Positions 1 through 14,400 of a stretch of DNA of 64,000 nt are shown piece by piece. The stretch is from the human T2T-CHM13v2.0 reference genome, Homo sapiens. Position numbers and translations under genes: made by a program. Each line of letters opens with the position of its first letter. Position 1 is the stretch's first letter. The stretch is from NCBI RefSeq assembly GCF_009914755.1, contig NC_060932.1, one strand, 5' to 3'. The notes under the pieces were generated by a model. The model made no database searches. It was not told where the DNA came from and saw only the letters and a list, made by a program, of their open reading frames with translations.

Positions 1-59
1 CATATCTGTGTTTCCAAAAGAGCCTCTGGTTGCCCCATGGAGAATGCATGCTAAGGCAT

Positions 60-210
60 CAGGCACCTGTCTAAGTATTGTACGTGTATTTGCTTATTTA
101 ATTCTCCTCATCTTAGGAGACAGGGAAGCTGAGACTCAGAGAGGTGAAGCAACTTCCCTAAGGTTGCACAGCTAGTAACAGGCAAAGCCAGGCAGTCTAC
201 CCCCAAAAAA
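60..210 (-). mobile_element. MIR SINE fragment
   Basis: ctgagactcagagaggtgaagcaacttccctaaggttgcacagctagt matches the reverse-complemented MIR core. Confidence 0.75.
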
Positions 211-584
211 CTTAACTCCTGTGCTATCTGAAAAGAGGGTAGAGTATGGATATGGGCAGATCAGTCAGGAGCCACTGCAGTGCCTCGGGTGGGAGAAGAT
301 GGAAGCTGCGAGATAAGCAGACTGCAAATGAAAAGAAAGGCAAATCAGAAGGACTTGTGATAGAAGAGGGTGATAGGGAGTGGGGAGCGGGAGACAGAGT
401 GAAAGGGAGGGGCCAGGAGTAACCTCCAGGCCTCTCGCTTGCACTTCTCTGATTTGGAGGAAACTGAAGTGTGTTAATTACAGAGACACACACACCATGC
501 ACACCCAGGAGACATAGCTGCGTATTGGGCAGAGAGAGGGCAAGAATCAAAGGAAAGATAACAAAAGGAAAGCAGCGGCTCTCT

Positions 585-690
585 TTCAGTGGTAGGATGA
601 TGAGTTATTTGTATTTCTTCTTTATACATGTCTATATTTTCTAAATTTCTTACAACAGGTGTATATCATTTTCATAATCAGAGTAAAATT
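585..690 (+). mobile_element. Old L1M 3' end fragment
   Basis: ttcttctttatacatgtctatattttctaaatttcttacaa resembles L1ME/MD 3' termini. Confidence 0.45.
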
Positions 691-1849
691 AGTTAAACCT
701 TCAAATTATGTGTCAGGATCTGTACAGTGTTTATCCTGCGATGTCCTTGGTTGTGCTGTAGGGATGTAGGCTATTTCCATCCACAGGACACTGTCTATAG
801 GCACCTCTTGAAGTGTATGACCATGAGGGTGTCAGTGTCAGGCAGGAAGTGACAATCACCCTTCCACAAGCCCCCTGGGCTCGCAACCCACCCAGCTCTT
901 CAAAAGCTACAGAAGCCCAGGGATGGCAGGCTCCATTCAGAGCCAGAGGGCAGATGTTTGAAGTCAATTCTCAGTAGGAATTCCAGACCTCTCCGAGAGA
1001 TCTTAGCTTCCTGTAGAGGAGCAAGTAACACAAGTCCAGCAGGACCTAGAACCAACCACACAGTGGCTGAATGACAGATGAATTCACTGTGGCCCCTCAG
1101 GGGTGGCAGGAGGGTCTTCCCTGGGCCCCTGAGAATCTCCAAATTCCTGCTTGGCTTCCTCTCCAGGTGCAAGCCCAGGCCTGGCAGGGCCAGGTGGGAA
1201 AAGGGCAGCTTCCTCGAAGACTGGGTGGGAAGAAGAGAACACACCATTCTTCTAACACCATCCCCTGCAGAACAGGAGGGAGGGTCAGAGCCTTGGGCCT
1301 CAGACAGAGACTCCAAGAGGTCAGGAGAACCCTGGCCTCTGGCCGAGTGATCAGGAGTCTGGGGGGCACCCACAGTATCCCAGGGGAGTGAAATGAGCTC
1401 CTTGTGACACTGTGGGGGGTGGGAGGTGCTAAGGAGATAGGGGCTCCATGAGACCCCAGAAGAAGATGGGAGTCTGCCTGGCAGGCGCTTCCGCAGGACA
1501 CCAGCTGCCTTCGCTGCAGTTAGAGGGACTCCTGGTTTCTAGAAAGAGTAGCGGTGGCTGCAGAGTCAGCACAACTTAGTTCAAAATCAGGCTGGGTTCC
1601 ATGTTAAAAAATGGTGATTCTGGCAACCATCTCACAGGGTTATTGAGGTCACAAGACCCCAAGGGGGAGCCACTGTGGTTGGCATATGGACTCATGCAGT
1701 AGAAGTATATTCACACACTATCTCTATGGGGTTTGTTGCTGGGTAATGTCTCACAGTGGCCTGTCCACAAGACCAAAGATTAAGCACACACATACAATAT
1801 GCACAGGTGTCAATATTCACTTCTTTAAAACTTTTTTAAAACTTTGAAA

Positions 1850-2268
<419 letters not shown>

Positions 2269-2984
2269 TAGTTGAACACATAAACATAATCATAACCACT
2301 TAAATACGCATATACACATGCACAACCTGTTTACTCCCAAACATTCTTGTAGTCACATGTAATTCATCATAACTTGGGACAATTTGTAACTTATGAAAGG
2401 CTTGCCACCTGAGCCTTAGCTCATGTGATTATCAAGGATTGTCTGTCTCATCATGTGTACTTTCCAAATGATGAGATAGATAATCTAATTATTACTATCC
2501 AGTTCTTAAAGGCAATACGACTGAACTCAGTGCAACTGAGAGACTCCCAAAGACACACAGTGAGTAGTTGGCAGTGTCCGATTTAAATCCAATTCCAAAC
2601 AAATTCTTCTCCACTCTGCCACATATGTACCCATGACATGTAAACACTTGTATCTCCTACGCAGCAAGTTGAAGTTCTTTAGCTTCCCAAAAGAATGCTT
2701 GGAATCAGCCCATCAGGTGGGAGTAGCTATGAATGAAGCTGAGAGTCAAATAGAGAGTCACCCCCCTCCACCTTCAAGCAGACACACACAGCTGAGACTC
2801 AGTTCACCCTTCTTAACCCCCAGTCTTTATCTGGGACATTCTTTCCTCCCAGGTCACCATCTCCCGATTCCTCTCCCCTAACCAACCCCAGCCCACACAC
2901 TTGCTCTCTTCTCTGATGTCCCGCTGTAGTCTGTTTTTTGCAGCTTAGCCTTCCTGGTTCTCTAGTTGCTTCTCTGTGCTTAAA

Positions 2985-3245
2985 ATGTTAAGAGCTAGGT
3001 CTCAAAAAAAAAAAAAAAAAAAAAAAAGTAAGAGCCAGGGCCCTGCGGTCAGCCAGATGCGGATCGAAGTCCTATCTCCCACTCTTCCTAGCTGTGTCCC
3101 TGGATATGTTGCTTAACCTCTCTGAGCCGACTCTCTTTGCCTATAAAAGGAGGATATTGATAGTACATACCCCATAGTTATGAGAACTCTATGTAAAAAA
3201 AAAACAGCACCTGACACAAAGCAAAAGCTCAATAAATATGAACAA
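2985..3245 (+). mobile_element. MIR interrupted near its 5' end by a poly(A) insertion
   Basis: taagagc...ctagctgtgtccctgg...cttaacctctctgagcc...gctcaataaat; A24 at 3004-3027. Confidence 0.8.
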
Positions 3246-3389
3246 TGAATATAGTTCTCTTTTTCCAGCAAATGGCAAATCACTGGGAATTGGACATATT
3301 CTTTTTGGTACTCCCTAAAGGTCCTGGCGCAGTGCTGGGCTCAACCAAGTTATTCATCAGCTATGTCAAGATGAGTTCCAACTCAGTCA

Positions 3390-3770
3390 CAGGCTAGCTG
3401 TGGGACTTGAGGTGACGCATTTCACCTCTCTGTGCCTCAGTTCTCTGAGTTGGTGGAGCTGCGTCAAACTCACTCCTAACCCAGAATACTGAGTGGACTG
3501 GTGAACTACACTCTCAGCTGCAGCTGCAAAAGGGAGGGTTAATTGCACCAGAGGGCATGACTCAGACCTGGGGTTAGATCGTGGCTCCACCTTGAACAAG
3601 TCATGCATCTTCTCCAAGCATTCATTTTCTCACCAATAAAGTGAGGATGGCGATGACTACTTCATAGTACTGTTATAATAATTAAATGGCATAATGCCTA
3701 TAAAATTCCTGGCACGTGATGGACGCACAATAAATGGCCTTGGTGGTGGAGGTTGTTATTATTATTATTA
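3390..3770 (+). mobile_element. Two MIR fragments
   Basis: cacctctctgtgcctcagtt core; attaaatgg...cctggcacgtgatgg...caataaatg 3' end. Confidence 0.65.
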
Positions 3771-5471
3771 TGCCCAAGAGTGAAGGAGGGAGAAGGTACC
3801 GAGAATTCAAGCCACAATGGCTATGACAGCAATGACTTAGCAGAAGAAATGGATAGTAAAAATGTGAGAAAGTGTCATTAGGCAAATCCCAGGGTTACTC
3901 AGTGTCAATGGCCTGAGCCCCACGCCCTTGCCAGCCCCCACTCCCCCAGTGAGCAGAAGGAAGCTAAGCAGCTTGTCATCCTCTGTTTGTCGATGGGAAG
4001 ATCCACAGTGCTGTCTGGGTTTTAGCTCCAGCTTCTCCAGTAGAGGCGCCGGCCAGGTTAGGCACAGAGAGGCCGCTATGAAGCACGGCGCCTGTCGGGG
4101 CTAAAATCAAAACCCCTGTGCCCCTGGGGACCTGTCCGCCTGCCTGAGGCTCATCCCCAAAGAGTGTAACTGCCTGTCACTGCCCGCAGGAGACCAGCGG
4201 CCTTCTGGAGTTGCTGGGCTGAATGGGAACGGCCCAAGCTTGTCTGAGAGCTGTCCCCCAGCCAGGAGGCCCACGACACATCTGTGACCCTCAGTAGGAG
4301 GATCTAAATGGAGGAGAGGGTTAAAAGAATCTCTCAGGCACCAGAAGAGGAGTCAGGCGTGAAAGAAACCCTTTTCCCAGCTCTGAGCACTTCCAAAGCC
4401 TGCCCTGACTCCTCCCTCCCCTGAGGCCACACCACAGCTGAGGCCGACTCAAGCCTGACTCCATGCCAGCCCTCAAGTGTCGCCTTCAGTTTGGGGAACT
4501 CAGCAGCTCCAAGGTTCTGACCTTCCTGCCAGGGCCACAACAAACACCTGTCACCAGCATGAGTGCTAATGACAGGCCTGAGTGAGTGGCATTAAGGTTA
4601 ACACCTGCATTAGTGACGTGCCCTTCGAAGGTCAGTGGTGCCTATTTAAGCAGCCTAGGGGGAGGACGGAGGTAGAGACTAGCCACCATCCAATCTAAGC
4701 AGGTGGCTCTATTACTTGTGCTAAAGCTCTCCCCAGTCATCCATGTAATTGAAGTAACTCAGGGGATTTTTCTCTCCTTCACCCTGGAGCAGAGCAGGAA
4801 GAGGGGGACAGGAAGGAGGCATTTGCCTTAAGTGGCCCTGCTGACTTGCTGCTGGGCAGGTGGGCTCTCCTTGCACTTAGAGGAGTAGGGGGCTTGTTGA
4901 GGCTGACGCCATGGGTCCTGGAAATGTTCTTCTGCCATTAACTGTGCCCTAAGCCCTGAGTCACAGTATGAGGTCAAATCTCTCATCCACTGCTCAGCTC
5001 CCAGGCCTGGGCTGCTCTTGTCTGTTCACTCAAGCAAAGCTTCTCCCCTGGAGTGCTCCCAGCTCAGCTTCCAGGCCTTCTCATCCTCACTGCCGCAACC
5101 TGCCCTTACCACCCTCAGAGAGCCCACCTGTCTCTGTTTTGGAACTTTAACATAGCTCATCACTTTGGGACAACAGGAGAGATTTAAACAAAAGGCTTGC
5201 CCAAAGCAGAAATAATCACCAAAATGCAGGTCTGAGACTAAACAGGAGGAAGCACTGGGCATGTTTATAAATGCCACATGCCACAGAGGTTCTTTAGGAG
5301 AAGTAAGCCCTGATCATTTTCCTTCTAGTCATTTAAGAGTCGAGAAAAATATATGAAGGTTCTATTTCGTGCCAGAAACTGAAGTAAGTACTGGGAGGAA
5401 AAAAAACACAGTGCCCCACAAAGGGAACTAAGATAGAGTTGGGTGGGTAATGTGAATATTTAAGCATCCCT

Positions 5472-5590
5472 GCTCTGTGGCTTTGGACAATTCCCTCAAC
5501 CTCTCTGAGCTTTCTCATTTATAAAACCAAGGTGATAATAAAGCGAGGATTACATGAGCTAATAGCCTTGGTGCACAGTTTCCTGAGGCA
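5472..5590 (+). mobile_element. MIR fragment (left arm of inverted pair)
   Basis: tgtggctttggacaattccctcaacctctctgagctttctcatttataaaa. Confidence 0.8.
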
Positions 5591-6394
5591 AAGGAAACAT
5601 TGAAAGACACCAAAACAGGTGCAGACAAGGAGTTCTGGAAGAAAAAAGGAGGGCGAGACTGTGGCCCATGGGGAGAAGGAGGAAGGCTTCCTGGAGGTTG
5701 AGAAGATTTGGATGCGAGGCAATGAGGATAACACATTCCCATGGAAGGAACAGAGAAATCAAGGACTCCGCAGATGAAAGAAGCCACGACAGGCTGTTCC
5801 TGATGACAGCATGCCCGGATGGCCAAGGCAATGACCTAATCATAAGAGGAATTTATACAAGGATAGCTGCTCCATTTCAAGAAAATAGAGCAGGTGTTTC
5901 AGGAGGTGGGGGGGTAGTAAAACTCCTTAGGCTGATTGCTTAGGGGTCTCTGCATGTGATAAATGCCGGGTGGTGTTATGATGGTAAGAAGATGTCAGGA
6001 ATAAACCAGAGACCTCCCTGCAGATGCCATGGCCGGATGGGAAGACTGACAGTGTCTGAACGTCAGTTGGCCCCAGTGTCGTGGGATTCTCCCAAAGCCT
6101 GCCTCAAAGGGCCCGGGCACCAAGCACTTCTGTCAGCAAAACAGAGGAGGGAAAAACAATGACTCAGCAACTTTCAGAGTTTAAATTGCACCCTTTGTCT
6201 CCCACCTGCAGTTTTATTACCCATCCCACATAGTATATTTCTCCTCTTCTCACAGGCCTTTAACACACCTCATGAGACCATTTTCAAGATGGGGAAAACT
6301 GAGCTACAGTCACACAGCTTAGCTCAGTGCAGAAACCAGCAGCAGTGATCGTGGTAACAGGTCATGTTGATACTTATTGCACCCTAGCTTATCA

Positions 6395-6520
6395 CTAGAT
6401 ATGTGCCAAGGGTATTAGTTCATGTCATCCTCACTTTATTATCATCTGTTTTGTAAATGAGAAAACTCAGAGAGGTTGAGGGAATTGTCCGAAGCCACAC
6501 AGCCAGTTAATTGGTGGAGC
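6395..6520 (-). mobile_element. MIR fragment (right arm of inverted pair)
   Basis: ttttgtaaatgagaaaactcagagaggttgagggaattgtccgaagccacacagc. Confidence 0.8.
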
Positions 6521-7342
6521 AACTCTCAAACCAGCCTTTTTTGACCCAAGATACCAAGGGCAGTTTTTATCTGCTATACCCAAGTGCAAATGGGCTCAAA
6601 GGCCAGGATCTGGACTGCGGCTGCATGAGAGGGACAGTGCCCCCCGATCAGCGAAGGCTGCAGGAGTGTGTGGGGAGTCCAACATACTTCAGAGATCACC
6701 TCCCATCTTTGCAGGAGAGAGAAGTTCTCAAAGACAGGCAGGGAAGAAAGCCCCAGGGTTTAACCCTGTATCAGTCAGTCTAAAGGTGGATTTCAGAGTG
6801 GGGAGGGCCATGAGAAAAGAAGGGAAATCAAAGCAGTAAACCTTGCCCTGCACAAACGCAGGTAACCAGGAAGGCAACGAGGCCAGCAGCTGTGCAACCC
6901 TCCACTCATATTTCATAGGCGAGATGACAACAATTAGACATGTCACTCCTGAAAACCAGAAACTCAAAGCAATTTGAGATGAACTTTCAGAATGATGAAA
7001 CAAATGGCCATCTTTGTGTTATACACCAAATAAATCACACCAAAATGATAGTTGTAATCCCCAAAAGTACACAGAGAATTGATTTTACTATGACACTTAT
7101 CATGATGAACGGGTGCACCCTAGGACGGAGCATCTTAAGTGGCGGCTGCTTAACCCCTGTCTTCCCAGGTCTGGTCCCTTCCCTGCAGAGTCCCCCAACT
7201 GTTCTCGAGGCACCAGCACACAAAGCCTGATTGCCAGGCTGATCCCTGGCCCTGTGACATGGGGCCCACATAGGTGGGCACACCAGCAGCTTCCAAAGCA
7301 TTGGGTGAGTCCAGACCAAGCTCCCACCTAAGACAGAAAGGG

Positions 7343-7650
7343 GGCCAGGCATGGTGGCTCAAGCCTGTAATCCCAGCACTTTGGGAGGCCAAGGCAGGCA
7401 GATCACTTGAGCTCAGGAGTTCAAGACCATACTGGCCAACATGGTGAAACCCTGTCTCTACTAAGAATATAAAGTTAGCCAGGCACAGTGGCGTGCACCT
7501 GTAATCCCAGCTTCTCAGGAGGCTGAGGCAGGAGAATCATTTGAACCCGAGAGGTGGAGGCTGCAGTGAGCCAAGATCATGCCAGTGCACTCCAGCCTGA
7601 GTGACAGAGCGAGACTCCATCTCAAAAAATAAAAATAAAGTAAAATAAAT
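7343..7650 (+). mobile_element. Alu, full length
   Basis: Dimeric Alu with A tail; TSD-like acagaaaggg on both sides. Confidence 0.97.
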
Positions 7651-7740
7651 TTTAGAAAACAGAAAGGGGCCTCGCTGGCCAGCTGCATCTGAGTGAAGGG
7701 AGGAAAGACCTGATGTTTTCCATTAATTGCTTGCTTAATC

Positions 7741-8117
7741 TTTTTCTTTTAACTTTTATTTTACGTTCAGGGGCACATGTCCAGGTTTGTTATATAGGTA
7801 AATTGCATGTCATAAGGGTTTGGTGTAGAGATTATTTTGTCACCCAGTTGATAAGCATAGTAGGCAATAGATAAGTTTTTCAATCCTCACCCTCCTCCCA
7901 CCCTCCACCCTCAAGTGGGCCCAGGTGTCTATTGTTCCCTTCTTTGTATCTATGTGTCCTCAGTGTTTAGCTCCCACTAATGAGTGAGAACATGTGGTAC
8001 TGGTTTTCTGCTCCTGCATTAGTTCACTTACGATAATAGCCTTCAGCTCCATCCATGTTGCTGCAAAGGACATGATCTAGTTCTTTTTTATGGCTTCATA
8101 GTATTCCATGGTGTATG
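7741..8117 (-). mobile_element. L1 3' UTR (older L1PA-type)
   Basis: ttttaacttttatttt...ccctcctcccaccctccaccctcaag...tgagtgagaacatgtgg...gtattccatggtgtat. Confidence 0.9.
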
Positions 8118-8284
8118 TGCCTGCTGGGCATCATTACTTACTGCTTGTTTTCAGACGGATTCATTGAGGCTCAGAGAGGCCAAATATTACCCAGAGATTT
8201 GAATAAAAGTCTTCATGATTCCAGATGGGTTCTCTTCCCACCACATTCTGCTGCTAAGATCCTTCCCCCGACTCTGGGCTGGGA

Positions 8285-8640
8285 TTCATTCATTCATTCA
8301 TTTATTCAATCAATCATGGTCCAGCATTAGATGTCAGACACTGGGTCAAGGATGCAACAGAGAATAAGACACTATTTCTGCCTCATAGAGCTCCCCACAA
8401 GTACGGAGGGGAGGGGCAGACCATCACATAAATGAATGAAAATCACAATCCTGGTTCATTCTTCTGGGAGACATGCATGGGCTGTGAGAGCATCGTAACA
8501 AGGAGCTGCTGGTTCAGGAAAGGCAGGGGAGCCTTCCCCAAGGAACTGACTGGACTGAGATCTCATGGATAACATGGTGCCAGTCAGATGAAAGGACAAG
8601 GACACAGTGGGCACCAGGCCTGGAGGCAGCTGGCCAGGAG
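8285..8640 (-). mobile_element. L2 3' end
   Basis: (attc)n tail followed by cagacactgggtcaaggatgcaacagagaataagac...tgcctcatagagct. Confidence 0.7.
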
Positions 8641-10166
8641 CAGAAAGAGGAGGTAAGGAAGGCAGGTGGCAGAGGAGGCCAAGGAGGCGAGGGGAAGGGT
8701 GGGGGGCTACCGAGCCTGCATAACAAAGGGCTTCTCTCATCGTGAAGCTATGGAAAGCCATCACCAGGATCAGGCTGGGGAGACATGAGCAGACTTATAC
8801 TTCAATAGCTCACTCCAGTCCGACTCAGGGACCCTGCCAAACCTCATCAGGTCGTGGGGAGGCCGAGCTCATTTCAGATCGGAAGCTGAGAGTGCAGAAA
8901 GCCTTGCGTCCTTACAGGAATCTTTGCCTTCTGCCACCCATAGGTCAGAACAGTATGGCTTACCATGAAAGCTGCTCTAAGACAGAGAACAGAGAGTAAA
9001 TAGAAGATGTTCTATAAAAGAAGCTATAAAAATCAACTCAGGACAAAATTAAAGAGAGTTAATAATAAATAAAATAGTAATAAATAAAAATAGGTGACAT
9101 TTCCAAGTTATATTGTAAACAAAGTCTTTAGATCTATATTGCCATGTTCTCTATTTTGTTTTGTCAGGAGATTTTTTTGTTTAGTTGTCTAAAGTGGTTA
9201 GTCCCATCCCAGTTCTGCTTGGGCAAAAGCCTTGACTTCATAGAACTTCAGTCTTTCCTTCAACTCTAAAATATCACGATCTTCTGACACACAGAGATTC
9301 TATAAATGATGTACATGTTTATATCAGACAGTGAGTGCTTGTCAAATTCAAGCTCTGGGAATATATGATCAGCCCAACTTCAGAGAGCAAATAACAGGAT
9401 AGGCCTTCTAGCCCCCATGTTGCCCAAACACAAGCTCACTGGGCTCCAGAAGCTCACTGGCTTAGAGGAGAAGACATATTTTTTAAGCAAACAGCCATAA
9501 CCACTTGCCCCATGTTTGCAAAGATGAGGAGTAATGGGGCAGTGATCAGAATCTAGCCATTGTAAAATTTTAAAAGGACAAAAAGCAGGAATTAGGTAAT
9601 CACTTCCCAGTAAGTTTCTTCTCTCTTGAATTTTCTAAGTTATAGGAAAACAATGAATCAAACTAGAAAGGAGAGAATTTTTTCATAATGTTGTTCTCCT
9701 GCCCAAAACACATTTAAAGGGGAACAGTGATCACAGTATAACTCAGCAAAACCTAGATACAAGCTCCTACCAGATGCCTTTAAAACAGTAATATCCAGAT
9801 TTAAGTAGTAAAGGATGAGAACACATTTAAAGGGGAGAAAACATCTCGCCAATCCCCAGGGGGTTGACTTAAATTATTTTACAGTAAAGTTAATATATCC
9901 AAATACTTATCTAAGTATAAATCCATATGTTTCTAGCACTTATGCAAATATAAAATAAAAACAAACTTGCAGAATAAATGCAATTAAAACTACCAAACCT
10001 ATAAAATTCAAATTAACAGTATTAGTTTACTATGATGGATCATGAAGCTTTACAGAAGCTAGGTCTCTGGTGTTGAGCTTACCAACAGAAAGATATCATT
10101 GTTCTGGTTTTCCCTCATTGTCAGCTCAATTCTTTTGACTTTAACATGATGGACCATCATTTAATC

Positions 10167-10390
10167 CAGAGGTCAGCAAACATTTTCTGTAAGAGCCAGA
10201 CTGTAAATATTTTAGGCTTTGTAGACCATACTGTCTCTGTCACAAACTACTCAACTCTGCTGTTCCAGGATGAAATCAGCTATAGACAATACATAAACAG
10301 ATGGGCCTGGCTGCATTCCAATAAAACTTTATTTACTAAAACAGGTGCCAGGCAAGATTTGACCAGAGGGCCATAGTTTGCTGACTCTAG
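10167..10390 (-). mobile_element. MER58A hAT-Charlie DNA transposon
   Basis: TIRs cagaggtcagcaaac / gtttgctgactcta; internal ccaataaaactttatttac. Confidence 0.9.
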
Positions 10391-10589
10391 ATTCAATCCA
10401 TCATCTTTATTATGTCATCATTGGGCCTTTTGCCTTTGAACAACAAATTCACTTTTAACCACTGATTTATCATTTTTATGGAACAGTTAATTCAATAATT
10501 CACTCCAAAAGTCAACCTTGAAAAATAAATTAGCAGAAAATTTTCCTTCCCTATTTACTATTCAATAATTGCTAAAGAACTTGTGTGTG

Positions 10590-11510
<921 letters not shown>

Positions 11511-11512
11511 TA

Positions 11513-11887
<375 letters not shown>

Positions 11888-12079
11888 TCAGAGAGGGAGG
11901 GGTGCCTTTAGCTTCTGGGTACCTACAGTTCCCTGGAACACGTGGTGGCTCAGTTCCCTTGCTTCCTTTCTCTACTTGGACTACCTGTTGGGCAACAGGT
12001 GGTGACACCCTTTTACCCTCGTTGGACATGAGCATATTATTGAAGATGGTCAGCCTCTGCTATGTTCTCTTTATTTTAC

Positions 12080-12270
12080 CATTTATTCATTCAAACAAGC
12101 CAATAAACCAATAATGATTCAGTACTTCCAACATGTCAGGCACTGTTCTGGGCACTTTAGATCTTCAGTGAAAAAAGACAAAAAGTCCCACTGTCACAAG
12201 TTTTATACCCAGTTAGGGAGGGTGAGAGGTGGAGCCAGACAGTAAAAATAGAAATAGTGTATTAATACAT
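12080..12270 (-). mobile_element. L2 3' end
   Basis: ttattcattcaaacaa...atgtcaggcactgttctgggcac. Confidence 0.7.
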
Positions 12271-12276
12271 ACATTG

Positions 12277-12400
12277 TATTTTTTTGAGACAGGGTCTCAC
12301 TGTGTTGCCCAGGCTTGTCTGAACTCCTGGGCTCAAGCCATCCTCCTACCTTGGCCTCCCAAAGTGCTGGGATTACAGCTGTGAGCCAGCACACCTGACC
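12277..12400 (-). mobile_element. FLAM / Alu left monomer
   Basis: gagacagggtctcactgtgttgcccaggct...cccaaagtgctgggattaca. Confidence 0.88.
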
Positions 12401-12829
12401 AAATTATGTTATTTTAATGAGATCAAGTTAAAGTCTTTATTAAAGAACCTCAGAAACCACCATCTTTATCTCAGAAAATTATCTGTACTCGTGAAACATC
12501 ATCCCAAAGAGAAGTGTTAAGTTTTCACCCTGGACAAGAATTCAGCAATGGTAGACAGGGAATGCTTATTTTCTTTGGCCACTAGGACAGGTTGACCTAA
12601 CAGGGGTCAGGCTTGCTCGCCAACACAGCAGACACCCCCTGCTGTCCTTTGAGGGGATCACTGAGTGCCCATGGGGTCCAAGCACAAATGCTCCAGGACT
12701 GGAGTTGGGCGACACTGGTTGGTCCATGCCTGTGACCTAGAATATGCTGCCATTGCTACTTAGATGGCCTCATCTTTGTCACAGCCCTTCACAGCATGGC
12801 CAGAGAAGACCAAAGCCAGCCTTGGAAGG

Positions 12830-13000
12830 CCTTGGTCAGGTCCTGGCTCTGCCAATGGTGACTCTGGACAAGTCAGCCACCTTGTTAAGAGTCTTGGTTT
12901 CCCCATATATAAATCTGGAATGACATAAATGCCTTTCCTGTCTTCCTCATAAAATTCCTAAGAGATCCAAATAAGGCACAGTGTGAAAGCACTTGAAAAT
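12830..13000 (+). mobile_element. MIR (MIR3/MIRc-like)
   Basis: gtcctggctctgcca...gtgactctggacaagtca...tgtgaaagcacttgaaa. Confidence 0.6.
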
Positions 13001-14089
13001 TAACCTGCTGAGAGCTGGTTTGGCACCCCTAAAAAAATTAGGGTCCCTAGCAAGGGGATTTATGTTGACAAATTTAATAGCCTTGGTCCCCTCCAGACCA
13101 CCTGGCCCCAGTAATTTGCACTGGGTTCCCAGTTCTAATCAGCCTTGTATCCATACAAAAGCTCTGTAAATGTAATGTGGCCATATTATTATAATTATTA
13201 TTATATTATCATTACCTTTGCAATGTGTTGAAAAAACTACTGATGACCAAATCTCTAAGATGCTCACATAGTTGAATCCTCTTTACAAAAGAGAGCCCCT
13301 AATCTCTGTTCACATTCATCTTAACTTCACGAACATCATTAGTTACCAAGCCTGAAGATTTTGTTTCTCTTTTATTTTTTCCGGAAAAAATCTCTAACCT
13401 TTTCTAGAATAACAATATATATTATTCCCCATTATCTTTTGCTTTAATCAGTTTTAGGAAACTACTCCCCAGTCCTCATTTTTATTGCATTTCCTTCGGG
13501 GCTTTGGGAAAGAGAAAACAAAATAAAACTCCATGGCCCTGCAGACCATATTTCCAAAGGTCGTGAAGTTGAATATGAATGGATGAGAGAACTTCTCTCC
13601 TAAACATTCTCAAAATATGCTCCAAACAGACACACGCACTCATCCTATTCAGCAGGCAGGTGCTCAACCTCTACGGAGAGCACCGAATCAGAACACCCTG
13701 AGCAACATTCCTTCCAAAGCCCTTATTATAGATAACACTGCCCTACACACACATCACCATCAACAAGAGGCTTTACTGAATTTCTACTGAGTGACGATCA
13801 CTCTACGACATACACTCTATGAACACAAACACGTAGGCGTCTCTTTATCTTTCTCTTTATCTATTTCTCCAAATGTCTCTGACCATAGACCAGTTGTTCT
13901 CAACCAAGGGCCACCCGCATCCCAGCTCATAAGCTCCTGGGGCAATAGCCTGAGGGTTTACAAAGCCCAACAATAATGTGGTTCCCAAGAGGAATAAAAC
14001 ATTGCCCTTCACCCTCCCCACCCCCAGCCATCAAGACACCCCACTCTCAGGAGGCAGGCACCAGCCAGACTGCCCCAAGAAAACAAGTC

Positions 14090-14400
14090 CCCTAAGATGA
14101 CAACATTTTCAATTTGCAATTTGATTTTTTTCTTTAATATGTCTGTTGTGTGCTTTCCCCTTTGTTAAAGAGCACAAACCTTTCATTTTGCCGTTTATTT
14201 GTCTTGTGGCCGGTACAGTGAAAATGTATTGGCTTTTCAGTTAGCGATTACACATCATCACATGCCCAATTTATAACACCATGCCCCAAAGAACAGATGT
14301 AATAAAGCAAGGGCAGGAAATAGCAACCTTATAAAACAGAGCTGCCGACTCAAAGGTCTTTGCATGTGTGCAGGAAAGAAAATAGTGCCGACGCAAGGCC
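14090..14400. promoter_or_regulatory. Candidate conserved non-coding element / enhancer
   Basis: Repeat-free, AT-rich; HOX13/CDX-like tttataa, taataaa, ttataaaa; conservation not verifiable here. Confidence 0.35.

Noticed and set aside
900-1501. Overlapping 90-157 aa ORFs on both strands
   Set aside because: Low-complexity, GC-driven open frames with no recognisable domain, codon pattern or splice structure.
4034-4055. CTCF-like ccagtagaggcgcc
   Set aside because: One G short of the core spacing (CCASYAGRKGGCR), so it cannot be supported without ChIP data. A decayed match at about 12632-12647 is similarly weak.
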